Positions 1 to 9,316 of a DNA stretch of 64,000 nt are shown here, piece after piece. The notes below the pieces were generated by a model. It saw only the letters and a list, made by a program, of their open reading frames with translations. It ran no database searches and was not told the DNA's origin. Numbering within the stretch: the first letter of the stretch is position 1; the number at the start of each line of letters is the position of its first letter. Source of the stretch: Promethearchaeati archaeon SRVP18_Atabeyarchaeia-1 (GTDB lineage Archaea; Asgardarchaeota; Atabeyarchaeia; Atabeyarchaeales; Atabeyarchaeaceae); assembly GCA_037308085.1 (NCBI GenBank), contig CP147779.1, positions 2,208,001 through 2,272,000 on the forward strand, in the 5' to 3' direction. Made by a program: the position numbers and the translations under genes.

Positions 1-72
1 CAATGTCGGCAAGTTTTGTGGATTCATCCTTAGACCTAATCGCATCACGTAACCTTCTCATCATAGAAATCA
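1..72 (-). CDS. 5' end of a hypothetical gene running off the window edge
   Basis: Minus strand reads GGTG then ATG ATT TCT ATG ATG AGA... (MISMMRRLRDAIRSKDESTKLADI), open to position 1. Confidence 0.4.
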
Positions 73-308
73 TCACCTAATGAACTCTGTTTTGCACAAC
101 CATAGAGCATACTCTAAGGTGGCTAACCTGTAACCCCCGCTTCTGCTCTATAGAAATAGGGCAGAATGCGTATTTAAAAGTAAGGTTTATCGCAGAAAAC
201 GCACCTTCAGCCATAGATCACTGCAATAAACCCGTATTCTGCGTCTTTTCGTCACTGTGTCTTGTAGTTCCTGGCAATGTCCGCGCTTCGCTTCTTCTGT
301 GACCGTTT

Positions 309-1097
309 TCACTTGGTTTTCTCTGGCGCCTTAAATTTCCTGGTTATGTACTTCGCGGCGTAGCGGAGCAACTCATTTGAATTGAGGCACTGCTGTTGCA
401 GACTTACCGTGTACTCAGCCATCGTCTTTGGATCCAATTGATATGCCTTGTTCATCAGCGTCTTGGTATTCCTGACCGCGACCGGGCTGTTCTCGAGTAT
501 CTGGCGCATGAATTTATCAGCTTCATCAATCAGACTGCCGGCCGGCACAACTTTGTTGAGCAGGCCAATCTTCTCTCCTCTTTCCGCCGTGATCGATTCG
601 CCTGTAAAGGCGATTTCTTTTGCTATCCCAAGCCCCACGATTTTAGGAAGTTTCTGTGCGCCACCCACATCGGGTATTATGCCCAGGCTCACCTCAGGCA
701 AGGCAAGTTCGGCATCTTCTGACGCAATTCTGAAGTCGCATGCCAGAGCAAGTTCCAGTCCTATGCCTACGGCGAGCCTGTTAATAGCTGCAAGCGTGGG
801 CTTCTCCATGTCTTCCAGCACGCCGAAGGTCTCTTGAGCAAGCCGAATCATTCTTACAGGATCCTCGCTCTTCGAGGAAAACCATTCCTGAAAAGCCCTT
901 AGGTCGAGACCAGCAGAGAAGACTGAACCCGCCCCTGTGACTATGACACCCTGCAAGTCTGCGTCTCCGCGAACAGTCTCAAATGCCTGTTTCAGGTCCG
1001 CCGTAAGTTCTTGGTTGAAGGAGTTCCTCTTGTCCGCTCTATTCAGTACAATTCTCGCCAACTTGTCCTTCTTCTCAACCAAAACGAGGTTCCCCAT
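309..1097 (-). CDS. Enoyl-CoA hydratase/isomerase (crotonase family)
   Basis: Motifs LNRADKRNSF, FSAGLDL, GIGLELALACDFRIA, LPEVSLGIIPDVGG; start moved to ATG 1097 after a GGAGG. Confidence 0.92.
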   Translation of the reverse strand: MGNLVLVEKKDKLARIVLNRADKRNSFNQELTADLKQAFETVRGDADLQGVIVTGAGSVFSAGLDLRAFQEWFSSKSEDPVRMIRLAQETFGVLEDMEKPTLAAINRLAVGIGLELALACDFRIASEDAELALPEVSLGIIPDVGGAQKLPKIVGLGIAKEIAFTGESITAERGEKIGLLNKVVPAGSLIDEADKFMRQILENSPVAVRNTKTLMNKAYQLDPKTMAEYTVSLQQQCLNSNELLRYAAKYITRKFKAPEKTK

Positions 1098-1450
1098 ACC
1101 TTCGTTTCGCCCTCCTTCATTTTCAAACTGGAGAAATCTCTTGGAAGATCTCTGCTCAAGTCTGATCACCCTCTGGTTTTCAAACCTAATAAGGATTGGT
1201 CAGAGTTCCCAGAACACGTTGAATTTGTCAACATCATTAACGTCATTGACGCGGTTTCTGGCGCTCCCCAGTTTGACGGCACCTACTTGTCGCTGTGGTG
1301 GTGGAGGGTTAGCTCTATGCCTTCTAGCCCGAGACAAATAGGCAAGATGTATAAGCCTTCCAGAAGAATCATCCAATAACGTCTTGAAGTCATAGTAGTC
1401 GTCTGGCACGATGGTCAACCTCTTTTACATCTATTCTGCAGGTGATCGTG

Positions 1451-1933
1451 ATGGAACTGAAAGTCGTGAAGATAGAAACGCCGAAAGACTGCAACTTGCT
1501 TCTTGGGCAGTCGCACTTCATCAAGACTCTGGAAGATGTTCATGAGGCTATGGTGAACACCGCTCCAGGTGCGAAGTTTGGGGTTGCATTCTGTGAGTCA
1601 AGTGGTCCCTGCCTTATCCGCTCCTCGGGGACAGCCGACGAACTGAAGAAGTTCGCTACCGACACTGCGCTGAAGCTCGGATGCGGCCACTGCTTCTTGG
1701 TGGTGATGCGGGATATCTATCCCATCAATGTTCTCAACAGAATAAAAGACGTACCGGAGGTCTGCAACATCTTCTGCGCCACCTCAAATCCAGTGGAAGT
1801 GATCGTGGCCGAGACGGAGCAGGGTAGAGGTATTCTTGGCGTCGTCGATGGCTCCAAGCCTAAGGGCATAGAAACTGAAAAAGACATTAGGGAGAGAAAG
1901 GAGCTTCTCCGAAGAATCGGTTACAAATTCTAG
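1451..1933 (+). CDS. Adenosine-specific kinase / DUF355 family protein
   Basis: [60 protein letters not shown]. Confidence 0.88.
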   Translation: MELKVVKIETPKDCNLLLGQSHFIKTLEDVHEAMVNTAPGAKFGVAFCESSGPCLIRSSGTADELKKFATDTALKLGCGHCFLVVMRDIYPINVLNRIKDVPEVCNIFCATSNPVEVIVAETEQGRGILGVVDGSKPKGIETEKDIRERKELLRRIGYKF

Positions 1934-1950
1934 GCTCCGGCTTCGAGCTG

Positions 1951-3165
1951 CTATCTTTTTTTCTTCTCCATCTCCATCTCTGGTTTCATAAGCAACTCTA
2001 TGATCGAGTCTTTGAGTTCGTCTACGCTTCCGAAATTAACCTCGGTGAGATCAGTGATCACGCTCTTTATCCTCTTTGCCTTCATTAATGCTACTGCAAC
2101 CACGAGGTATCCGCTCTCTTCGAGTTCCTTAGTTCCCTTCTTGTCTATGGCGAAAAGCTGATCCTGCAGTATCGCTATGTCCTCGGTTGATCCCAGTGCG
2201 ATGCGAAGCGCTGCCGCCATCATCAGATCATATGCGTATCTTCTATAGTCGACTTTGTGCACTTCACCCAATGTAAATAGTGGAGTATAGTTGATTATTG
2301 CCTCCGTAAATTCGTCCGCTGCTTTGACCATCGTTTCCCTTGCCACATTCGATCTTTGGTCTAGCCTTGACTGGCATGCAGCCGAGGCTAGGAGGTTCTG
2401 TCCTGCTCTGTGACTTAGCGTCGACTTAACGTCGACTGCAAGTGGCCCTTGCTGCACACTTACTGCCAAATCTGATAACTCGTCAATTGCCCTCTGGTAT
2501 ATTCTGGCTGCTTCCATGAACCTCTCCGAGGCGTTTCGTAGGTCGCCCGCTCTCGCAAATCTCAAGGCGTTGCCCTCGACTTCGAGAGGGTTGCTGCCTG
2601 TTGCCGCCATCACGCCTTTCATAAGAGCCTTATCTGATTCCCCGAGTTTTTTCGCGATCCTGAGAGCTTGCGAGGCTGCACCGTAGGAGGAGGCTATCAG
2701 GCCTCTCAGATTCTTATCTTGGGTTTTCTCGAGTGTTTCAGCCGCTGCTAGATAAAAGTCTCCTGCATCCAGAGTCAGCCCTTGGTTGTTCAGGAAGTTG
2801 GCCGAGACGAGGTAGAGGTTACCCGCCTCATACCATAGTCTGAGACCCTCGAATTTCCGCGCGCCTTCAAGGGTTGCCGCTTCAGCTCCAGCCAGTCCCA
2901 TGGTCTTGCCCATGAGGTCACCGTACTCGACATACGTGTCAAAGGACTCGCGGTACTTGCCTTGCTCGAAAAGATCTCTTGCTTTATCATGTGCTGCAAA
3001 AAGCTCCTGCTTTGCGGCGAGTCTACGTGCTTCGACCTCTTCAGAAGCGCTGCTAATCTCCCGTCGCCCCGGGGCTTCACCCTTTTCATCTCTGTTCTTA
3101 ATGTGCTTTGGCGGTTTTGGCAAGCTCAACCCACTCCTCGACAACCAAGAGGTAGGAAAACTCAT
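1951..3165 (-). CDS. Alpha-helical repeat protein, TPR/alpha-SNAP-like
   Basis: 404-aa ORF with recurring A-x-x-(Y/F)-x-x-A-A helices (AGNLYLVSAN, AGDFYLAAAE, ASSYGAASQ, ASERFMEAAR). Confidence 0.6.
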   Translation of the reverse strand: MSFPTSWLSRSGLSLPKPPKHIKNRDEKGEAPGRREISSASEEVEARRLAAKQELFAAHDKARDLFEQGKYRESFDTYVEYGDLMGKTMGLAGAEAATLEGARKFEGLRLWYEAGNLYLVSANFLNNQGLTLDAGDFYLAAAETLEKTQDKNLRGLIASSYGAASQALRIAKKLGESDKALMKGVMAATGSNPLEVEGNALRFARAGDLRNASERFMEAARIYQRAIDELSDLAVSVQQGPLAVDVKSTLSHRAGQNLLASAACQSRLDQRSNVARETMVKAADEFTEAIINYTPLFTLGEVHKVDYRRYAYDLMMAAALRIALGSTEDIAILQDQLFAIDKKGTKELEESGYLVVAVALMKAKRIKSVITDLTEVNFGSVDELKDSIIELLMKPEMEMEKKKR

Positions 3166-3188
3166 CAGAGATAAGTTTCTTTCGGCTC

Positions 3189-3893
3189 CTAATCGAGACT
3201 ACTGACGTGAGCCCTGCTTTCGGCATCTGAATTCCCATTGAAGCCTCGAAGAAGATATGACTCAACGTCTTCCTCTGAAAGTTCCAGGGAAACGCGCTCG
3301 GCAAGCTTTCGCGCTCGACTAAGAAGAATCGAGATGACACCAGAGAATCTTGGTGGAGACACTAGCTTTGCCGCGGCAAGTGAAGCTTTTTCAACATCCG
3401 AAAGATTGCAGGCGTGATTGATGATTATGTCCTTTGCCACCGCCACGCGAAAGCTCTCTTCATGCTTTAGGGCCATATCTTTGACCAATTCATTCAGGGA
3501 GCCTACGTTAGCGGTTAACTCGAGGGAACCCAGCAGGTCTGTGATGAAGCTTCTAATCATCTGATAGCTTGACCCACTCTTCCCGTCGTTTCTTCCTATC
3601 TCGTCGATGAGAGCGGGGTTCAGTGCTATTATTCCATCGTCAGCAAGGGAATCACAAGTCAGCACACTATCATCTTCCTTGGGCAGCCCTAGCTTTGCCT
3701 TGACGTACTTGATTGTTTCAATGTACTCTCTTCTGCTCACGATAATCCTCAAGTCGCGCAGAAGCTTGATCAGAGTGGACATCTCCCCCTCGTCGAAGAC
3801 TTCCCGTAACTCGTCAAGCGGGATGAACTGCTTCCTGCATGACGCATCATAAAGCATATAGACGATCGTGAAGGTTAGACCTTCTGCGCGCAA
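3189..3893 (-). CDS. Hypothetical protein, probably co-transcribed with the SNAP-like gene
   Basis: 234-aa ORF, GGAGG upstream of TTG, 23-nt gap to next gene. Confidence 0.75.
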   Translation of the reverse strand: MRAEGLTFTIVYMLYDASCRKQFIPLDELREVFDEGEMSTLIKLLRDLRIIVSRREYIETIKYVKAKLGLPKEDDSVLTCDSLADDGIIALNPALIDEIGRNDGKSGSSYQMIRSFITDLLGSLELTANVGSLNELVKDMALKHEESFRVAVAKDIIINHACNLSDVEKASLAAAKLVSPPRFSGVISILLSRARKLAERVSLELSEEDVESYLLRGFNGNSDAESRAHVSSLD

Positions 3894-4023
3894 GAGCTTT
3901 CCCTACCTCCAACGGAAAACTTGAGCTATTCTAATATCTGCTCACCCAACGCTTTAAATCTTTCTAAGAGGCGACTGAATTGTTGAGATCTTCGCAACGT
4001 AAATTGCAAGGACCGCCTAATCC

Positions 4024-4150
4024 TCAAACCCCCTTCATGCGAGGAAAACCACCAACACCAGCCCTTTCCAGTCCTTGAAGAGCCTCTCGCAAAATCGATA
4101 CCACAAGTTGGTTCAAGGACGAGTCTGATAAACCACGCACCTGTTCTTCC
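4024..4150 (-). pseudogene. Possible decayed tnpB (IS200/IS605 OrfB) fragment
   Basis: Translation ...VRGLSDSSLNQLVVSILREALQGLERAGVGGFPRMK resembles the TnpB N-terminal segment ending in GFPRFK. Confidence 0.35.
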
Positions 4151-4286
4151 GGAAATAAGCCGAGAGAAGAAGCCCGCAGATAAAGTCGCACTCCAATCAA
4201 TAGGCTTACGGCTTCAATCCCCAATCCTTAATAGGATTCCGTGGATAATACTCACTAAAGCTATTCATAAAGGGAGAAGATGGAAA

Positions 4287-4832
4287 ATGGCAGAAGCAGT
4301 TAAGCAGTTCTTTGTTGGATTCATACACCCACGAACATGGCTTGCAGCGATTATTGCACTTGTGGTAGCCGCAGTTGCAGGGTTGGCCTTAAGCGGGACG
4401 TTGATCGACACGCTGGGAGCCCTCTATGGATTGGGACCGGCCATCATAGATGGACTCAAGAGCGTGGCCTTCGGGACGTTCCTCACGATTCTCTTGGTCT
4501 GGGATTCGCTGGTTGCTGGCAGTGCTATACCATTGCTCATGGTAATCGTATCCGCGGTTGTGGCTGGACTCGTCTTCGGACTGATCTCGAAGAAGGAGAG
4601 AGTTGCATCCAAGAGCATCATCGGTGGTCTGAACATAGCCGTGATATACCTGGTGATCGTCGTCATTGTCTTCCTCGTCTGGTGGATTGGTTTCACAGGC
4701 ATCGGCCCACTCTACTCGGCCGTCATCGGACTCTTGGGAGCAATACCCATAGATATTCTCGTGACATTTCTCGTCGTCTGGTGGGTGTCAGCAATAGTAT
4801 CAATGATAGTACTATCCGCGAAGCATGCCTGA
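4287..4832 (+). CDS. Multi-pass membrane protein, paralog 1 of 3
   Basis: 181 aa, about 4-5 hydrophobic segments; shares QFFxGFIHPRTW, KKERVxSKSIIGG and PxDILVxFLxVWWVSA with 6159 and 7000. Confidence 0.9.
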   Translation: MAEAVKQFFVGFIHPRTWLAAIIALVVAAVAGLALSGTLIDTLGALYGLGPAIIDGLKSVAFGTFLTILLVWDSLVAGSAIPLLMVIVSAVVAGLVFGLISKKERVASKSIIGGLNIAVIYLVIVVIVFLVWWIGFTGIGPLYSAVIGLLGAIPIDILVTFLVVWWVSAIVSMIVLSAKHA

Positions 4833-4988
4833 GGCGACCGCTCAGCAGTGCGATCGTCACAAGCTAATCTCTCTTTTTTCATTTTTGACGGCAACCACTC
4901 CCCAAAGCATCTGGCAGAGATTCCCAAGAGTATGCTCAAGCGATAGATTGGAACATTACTGCTCCAACTTGTCTAACGTTTCCACAAA

Positions 4989-5085
4989 GTCAGTTACCCA
5001 CGGCTTGCTTGTGGGCTTGCAGCTCGGGGCTGTTTGGCGTGACCTTTCAAACCCCTCACACTGCCAAACGCGCCTACTGACGGAG
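4989..5085 (-). mobile_element. IS200/IS605-type end remnant
   Basis: Minus strand CAAGCCCACAAGCAAGCCGTGGGTAACTGAC resembles the common CAAGCCCACGGCTTTAGCCGTGGGTAGTTGAC end; adjacent hairpin GTTTGGC...GCCAAAC (5032-5069). Confidence 0.55.
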
Positions 5086-5182
5086 ATAGTAGGATATGCT
5101 TAAATAGTAGGCTGACTGGGTTTCTGCTGAAAATTATTCTCTTCGCAGATTTGAAAGACAATAGGAAGTGGGAGAGAGAAGC

Positions 5183-5566
5183 ATGCGAAGTGAATTGCAT
5201 AAAAAGTCTAAATTGAAGATCGGCTCCGTTGTCATCGATTGCATCAACTTCGACCAGATGTTGGCGTTTTGGCAGGAGGCGCTCCACTACATCACGAGAG
5301 CGCCAGCCAAGGACGGCTGGGTGGTTCTTCATGACCCTGCTGGAAGAAACACGAATGTGTCTTTGAATCAGGTTTCGGAGAAACTTATGGGCAGAAACTG
5401 GCTACACTTTGACCTCTATACCAACGACCAAGTGGGTGAAGTAGAACGCCTGCTCAAGATGGGAGCTAAACGTCATCCTCAAACCTATGAACCAGAGGAT
5501 GATTTCATCGTCCTTGAGGATCCAGATGGCAACCTTTTTTGCGTGGTCGACACAGCCAGGCGCTGA
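5183..5566 (+). CDS. VOC/glyoxalase-like domain protein
   Basis: IGSVVIDC...FWQEAL, NWLHFDL, EVERLLKMGA, VLEDPDGNLFCVV. Confidence 0.9.
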   Translation: MRSELHKKSKLKIGSVVIDCINFDQMLAFWQEALHYITRAPAKDGWVVLHDPAGRNTNVSLNQVSEKLMGRNWLHFDLYTNDQVGEVERLLKMGAKRHPQTYEPEDDFIVLEDPDGNLFCVVDTARR

Positions 5567-5699
5567 TATTCGATGTTGGGAGGCTCAGCGAGAAACCAGA
5601 GCTTAGTCTTAACCAAATCGCGGTAGAGAAATCTCATTCTGGCTCCGATGAGATATGTATGTAAAGGGGATTACGAGGTACCTACTAATTAAGGAAATA

Positions 5700-6006
5700 T
5701 CTGATGATACTGACGGAGGCGCTCCCTCCAGGAAACTGGCCCATCTTGTTGGGGTCCTGTTGTGGAGTTGGGCCCTGCTCTTGGCGCCGCCAAGGCTGCA
5801 GGGCACATCCCTCACGATCCCGAGGTACGTGGTGCAAGTCTTCCTGAGTATTCCTTTCTTCTTCCATGTTGGTTCCAGAAGGTTCAGGGACAGGCACTTC
5901 CTCATAGTATCCCCTAGGCATGTTAGGAGGCGCGGTGTTTAAGGCTCCCGACTGGCATGACGTTGCGATTCCTCCTACCCTGAAGGGCGTGGGCTTCCTC
6001 GCAACG
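5700..6006 (-). mobile_element. Internally deleted IS200/IS605 (tnpB) mini-element
   Basis: Hairpin 5961-6006 (CGTTGCGA...TCGCAACG enclosing minus-strand GGAAGCCCACGCCCTTCAGGGTAGGAGG); truncated ORF from 5905 MRKCLSLNLLEPTWKKKGILRKT...KSRAQLHNRT like a TnpB N-terminus; ends in a motif repeated at 24325. Confidence 0.6.
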
Positions 6007-6091
6007 AACATCGTGAAGCAGTTTGGCTGCGTCGCAGTCAAGTAGGCGAAGGGGTCAAGCGCAGAATGACTGGTTCGGTCGCAGATCCCAT

Positions 6092-6158
6092 CCCCAACGC
6101 TTAATAAGTTGTTGTTCACTATAATCACTAAAGTTATCAATATCGGAGAAGATGGAAA
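6092..6158 (+). promoter_or_regulatory. Repeated archaeal promoter/RBS cassette of the paralogs (also about 4219-4286 and 6933-6999)
   Basis: CCCCAAnnCTTAATA TATA-like box and GGAGAAGATG at equivalent spacing before all three copies. Confidence 0.6.
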
Positions 6159-6698
6159 ATGGCAGAAGCAGTTAAGCAGTTCTTTGTTGGATTCATACAC
6201 CCACGAACATGGCTCGCAGTGATCATAGCACTAGTCGTAGCAGCGGTTGTTGGTCTAGCAATCAGTGGCACGCTAATAGACACTTTGACAGGTTTGAGCC
6301 TCTCGCCAGCAATAATAGATCAGCTTAAGGCAATAGCCGCGGGACTCTTCTTTATACTTATCTTCCCAGTATCACTATTAGAGGCTGGGACCGCGATACC
6401 ACTTGTACTAGTCGTCGTCACAGGGTTAATTGCCGGGCTCATTTTCGGATTGCTTTCGAAGAAGGAAAGGGTTGGATCTAAGAGCATCATAGGCGGCTTG
6501 AACATGGCGCTCATTTACATGCTACTCGTCGTAGTCGTCCTCGTCATCTGGATCGTCGGAATCTCATCGGGAGTAGTCTGGGCCACAGTCATCGGCCTTC
6601 TGCAGTCCGCCCCAATTGACATTCTGGTAACCTTCCTTGTAGTCTGGTGGGTGTCAGCAATAGTATCAATGTTGGTTCTATCAGTGAAGCACGATTAG
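6159..6698 (+). CDS. Multi-pass membrane protein, paralog 2 of 3
   Basis: 179 aa; same conserved blocks as 4287..4832. Confidence 0.9.
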   Translation: MAEAVKQFFVGFIHPRTWLAVIIALVVAAVVGLAISGTLIDTLTGLSLSPAIIDQLKAIAAGLFFILIFPVSLLEAGTAIPLVLVVVTGLIAGLIFGLLSKKERVGSKSIIGGLNMALIYMLLVVVVLVIWIVGISSGVVWATVIGLLQSAPIDILVTFLVVWWVSAIVSMLVLSVKHD

Positions 6699-6729
6699 GC
6701 AACCGCATAGTGATTCAGTCACTGCAACC

Positions 6730-6745
6730 TAATCTCTCTTTTTTT
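6730..6745 (+). terminator. Oligo-T terminator after paralog 2 (equivalent CTAATCTCTCTTTTTT at 4864-4879 and a T-tract near 7617)
   Basis: CTAATCTCTCTTTTTT about 30 nt after the stop in copies 1 and 2. Confidence 0.55.
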
Positions 6746-6999
6746 ATTGCGGCAATAACCATGCTATAGCAGGGCGAGCAGAGTTCTTGCAAGGATCTCT
6801 TCGGTAAGAAGGCATCCGCAAGAGGAGATCTGGTAGCATATCACCTCTAGAAAGAAGAGCTCTTCCGCTGCCTTCCCATTGGTTAAGCGATGAGGCAAGT
6901 CGCATAGCAGGTAGCGCCTCTAAACCTTTTTTCCCCAACGCTTAATAAGATGTCATCATCAGTGATCAATGGGGTTACCCATCAAGGGAGAAGATGACA

Positions 7000-7572
7000 A
7001 TGGCAGAGGCAGCCAAGCAGTTCTTTCTTGGATTCATACACCCACGGACGTGGTTCGCAGCACTAATAGGTATCGTAGCTGCAGTTCTTACAGCGGTTGC
7101 CATGGGCGGAGCGCTGACTGACTTCTTTTCAACAATAATCAGTGGACTGGGTGGCGGATCATATTCCTCTGTCCTGAGCTACCTTAGTGGAGTCGGTTTC
7201 GGCGTGTTCCTTGCGATGCTATCAGTCTACTCAGCGGCAGGTGTGGGGAGCTTCCTACCCCTCCTGGTCCTGCTTGTCGGCTCAGTCGTCGCCGGGTTGA
7301 TTTTCGGTCTAACCGCGAAGAAGGAGAGAGTTGCATCCAAGAGCATCATAGGCGGTTTCAACCTGGGCATCATATACATAGCGCTGGTCGTGGTTGCATT
7401 CGTCTTCTGGGCAAACTGGAGCCTTAGCACCTTCGCTGGTTTCACAGCCCTCTATCATGCAGTGGTCACGTTTCTGCAGACAGTCCCCGTTGACATTCTT
7501 GTGTCTTTCCTCATAGTCTGGTGGGTTTCAGCAATGATGTCTATCATAGTCCTATCCCTGAAGCAAGATTAA
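7000..7572 (+). CDS. Multi-pass membrane protein, paralog 3 of 3
   Basis: About 190 aa; same conserved blocks; start 6994 or 7000. Confidence 0.9.
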   Translation: MAEAAKQFFLGFIHPRTWFAALIGIVAAVLTAVAMGGALTDFFSTIISGLGGGSYSSVLSYLSGVGFGVFLAMLSVYSAAGVGSFLPLLVLLVGSVVAGLIFGLTAKKERVASKSIIGGFNLGIIYIALVVVAFVFWANWSLSTFAGFTALYHAVVTFLQTVPVDILVSFLIVWWVSAMMSIIVLSLKQD

Positions 7573-7774
7573 CCAGCGCCCAGAAGCCGCAACCAGGCAA
7601 GCCTAACCTTCTTCTATTTTTTCGCGTGCCACAATAGAAGCTCGACTCCCGAACAGCGAACATGTGCCAAATTTCCAATCAATAAAGAGAATCTCTAATA
7701 AGCTAGACAGATTGCTAATTTATTGAATCGCAGAAATCGTGATCCCAGAGCCACACGCTTGGAGGAAACATGGG

Positions 7775-9091
7775 ATGCTTACCCAACTCAAAGACAGGCT
7801 TTTAGTCAAAACGGTCTTCGGGGACGTCAGTAGCCTAGAAGGCAGGGAGGTCACTGTTGCAGGTTGGGTCTATAACAAGAGGGCCCACGGCAATCTCCTA
7901 TTCATAGATCTTCGTGATGGAACGGGAATCATCCAAGTCAGTGCTCACAAGGACAAGGTGGCCAAGAAGGTCTTCGAGGATGTTGAGAAAGCCACCCGCG
8001 AGTCATCAGTCATCATAAAGGGGGTCGTGCGATCCGACAAGAGAGCGCCTGGTGGATGCGAGATTGGGCTTACAGACTTCCAGATTGTGGGCCTAGCTGA
8101 GGAGTGGCCTCTCCCCATAGATGCCGGCATCGACGTGCTTTTCGACAAGAGGCACCTCCACCTCAGGGGAGAAAAGCAGACGGCCATTATTAAGATCAGG
8201 GCCAGCGTCTTTGAAGCAATAAGAGAGTGGTTCAAGCAGGATGGTTGGATTGAAGTTCAACCACCAATGATCATCTCCGCTTCAGTTGAGGGAGGCTCAA
8301 CCCTCTTCAAGATGGACTACTTTGGGGAAGTCGCGTACCTGACGCAGAGTTCTCAGTTCTACCTTGAAGCAATGATACAAAGCATGGAGAGGGTGTACTG
8401 CCTCGCGCCAAGCTTTAGGGCAGAGAAGTCGAAGACCCCGAGGCACTTGGCGGAGTACTGGCATGCCGAAGCGGAGGCAGCATGGATGGAGCTGGATGAC
8501 ATATTGGGGGTCGAAGAGAGACTCGTTTCTCACGTCTGCCAGTTTGTGGCTGAAAAGCATGAAAAGGATCTTGGAAAGCTCGGAAGAGACCCTGCCGAGA
8601 TCGCTGATGTCAAAGCACCTTTTGAGCGCATATCGTACCGTGAGGCAATCGAGAGAATCAAGAAGAAGGGCGTTAAGATAGAATATGGAGACGACATGGG
8701 AGCCGACGAGGAACTTAGGCTCACTGAGGATCTGCTGAAACCGATGTTCGTCGTGGAGTATCCGCGGAGCCTGAAGCCCTTCTACCACTACCCGAAGCCA
8801 AGTGACCCCAGCATCGTAATGTGTGCGGACTGCGAAGCGCCTGAAGGCTATGGAGAGATAATTGGTGGGGGACAGAGAATACACGACAAGGACGCGTTGA
8901 TCCAGAGGATAGAAGAGGAGCACCTAAAGCCAGAGGACTATGAGTGGTACATCGACCTTAGAAGGTACGGGACCGTTCCACACAGCGGTTTCGGGCTCGG
9001 GGTCGACAGGCTCGTGAGGTGGATATGCAGGCTCGACCATATCAGAGCCTCGATACCCTTTCCAAGGTATCTTACCAGAAGGTACCCGTGA
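7775..9091 (+). CDS. asnS: Asparaginyl-tRNA synthetase
   Basis: OB-fold N-terminus (AGWV...FIDLRDGTGIIQ), YLTQSSQFYLE, SFRAEKSKTPRHLAEYW, EIIGGGQR, YGTVPHSGFGLG. Confidence 0.93.
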   Translation: MLTQLKDRLLVKTVFGDVSSLEGREVTVAGWVYNKRAHGNLLFIDLRDGTGIIQVSAHKDKVAKKVFEDVEKATRESSVIIKGVVRSDKRAPGGCEIGLTDFQIVGLAEEWPLPIDAGIDVLFDKRHLHLRGEKQTAIIKIRASVFEAIREWFKQDGWIEVQPPMIISASVEGGSTLFKMDYFGEVAYLTQSSQFYLEAMIQSMERVYCLAPSFRAEKSKTPRHLAEYWHAEAEAAWMELDDILGVEERLVSHVCQFVAEKHEKDLGKLGRDPAEIADVKAPFERISYREAIERIKKKGVKIEYGDDMGADEELRLTEDLLKPMFVVEYPRSLKPFYHYPKPSDPSIVMCADCEAPEGYGEIIGGGQRIHDKDALIQRIEEEHLKPEDYEWYIDLRRYGTVPHSGFGLGVDRLVRWICRLDHIRASIPFPRYLTRRYP

Positions 9092-9316
9092 GGCCCCAGC
9101 ACGGCGAACACGGCTACCGGGGACCTCATAATTCTCAATTTCCTACCTCTTTCCGCCGACCTTCAAGCGCGCCACCAAGACGGGTCACACCCCATTCAAG
9201 TAGTTGCCCTTGGCCTCCGAAACATGAAACCTCGCACCAGCATTCTCCAGTGCTCATGGTCAACGGATAACATTATAAGCCGTTCCAAAAATAAGTGAGA
9301 CCAATGCGGAGGTGCC

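Noticed and set aside
109-124. 13-mer CTCTAAGGTGGCT shared with about 61602
   Set aside because: An isolated match of this length is expected by chance in 64 kb.
5709-5737. Hammerhead ribozyme (CTGACGGA...GAAAC)
   Set aside because: The core is not CUGANGA and I could not form stems I and III.
9089-9130. Hairpin over the asnS TGA as a SECIS/readthrough signal
   Set aside because: AsnRS ends at its normal FPR..R.P terminus; no evidence for an extension.
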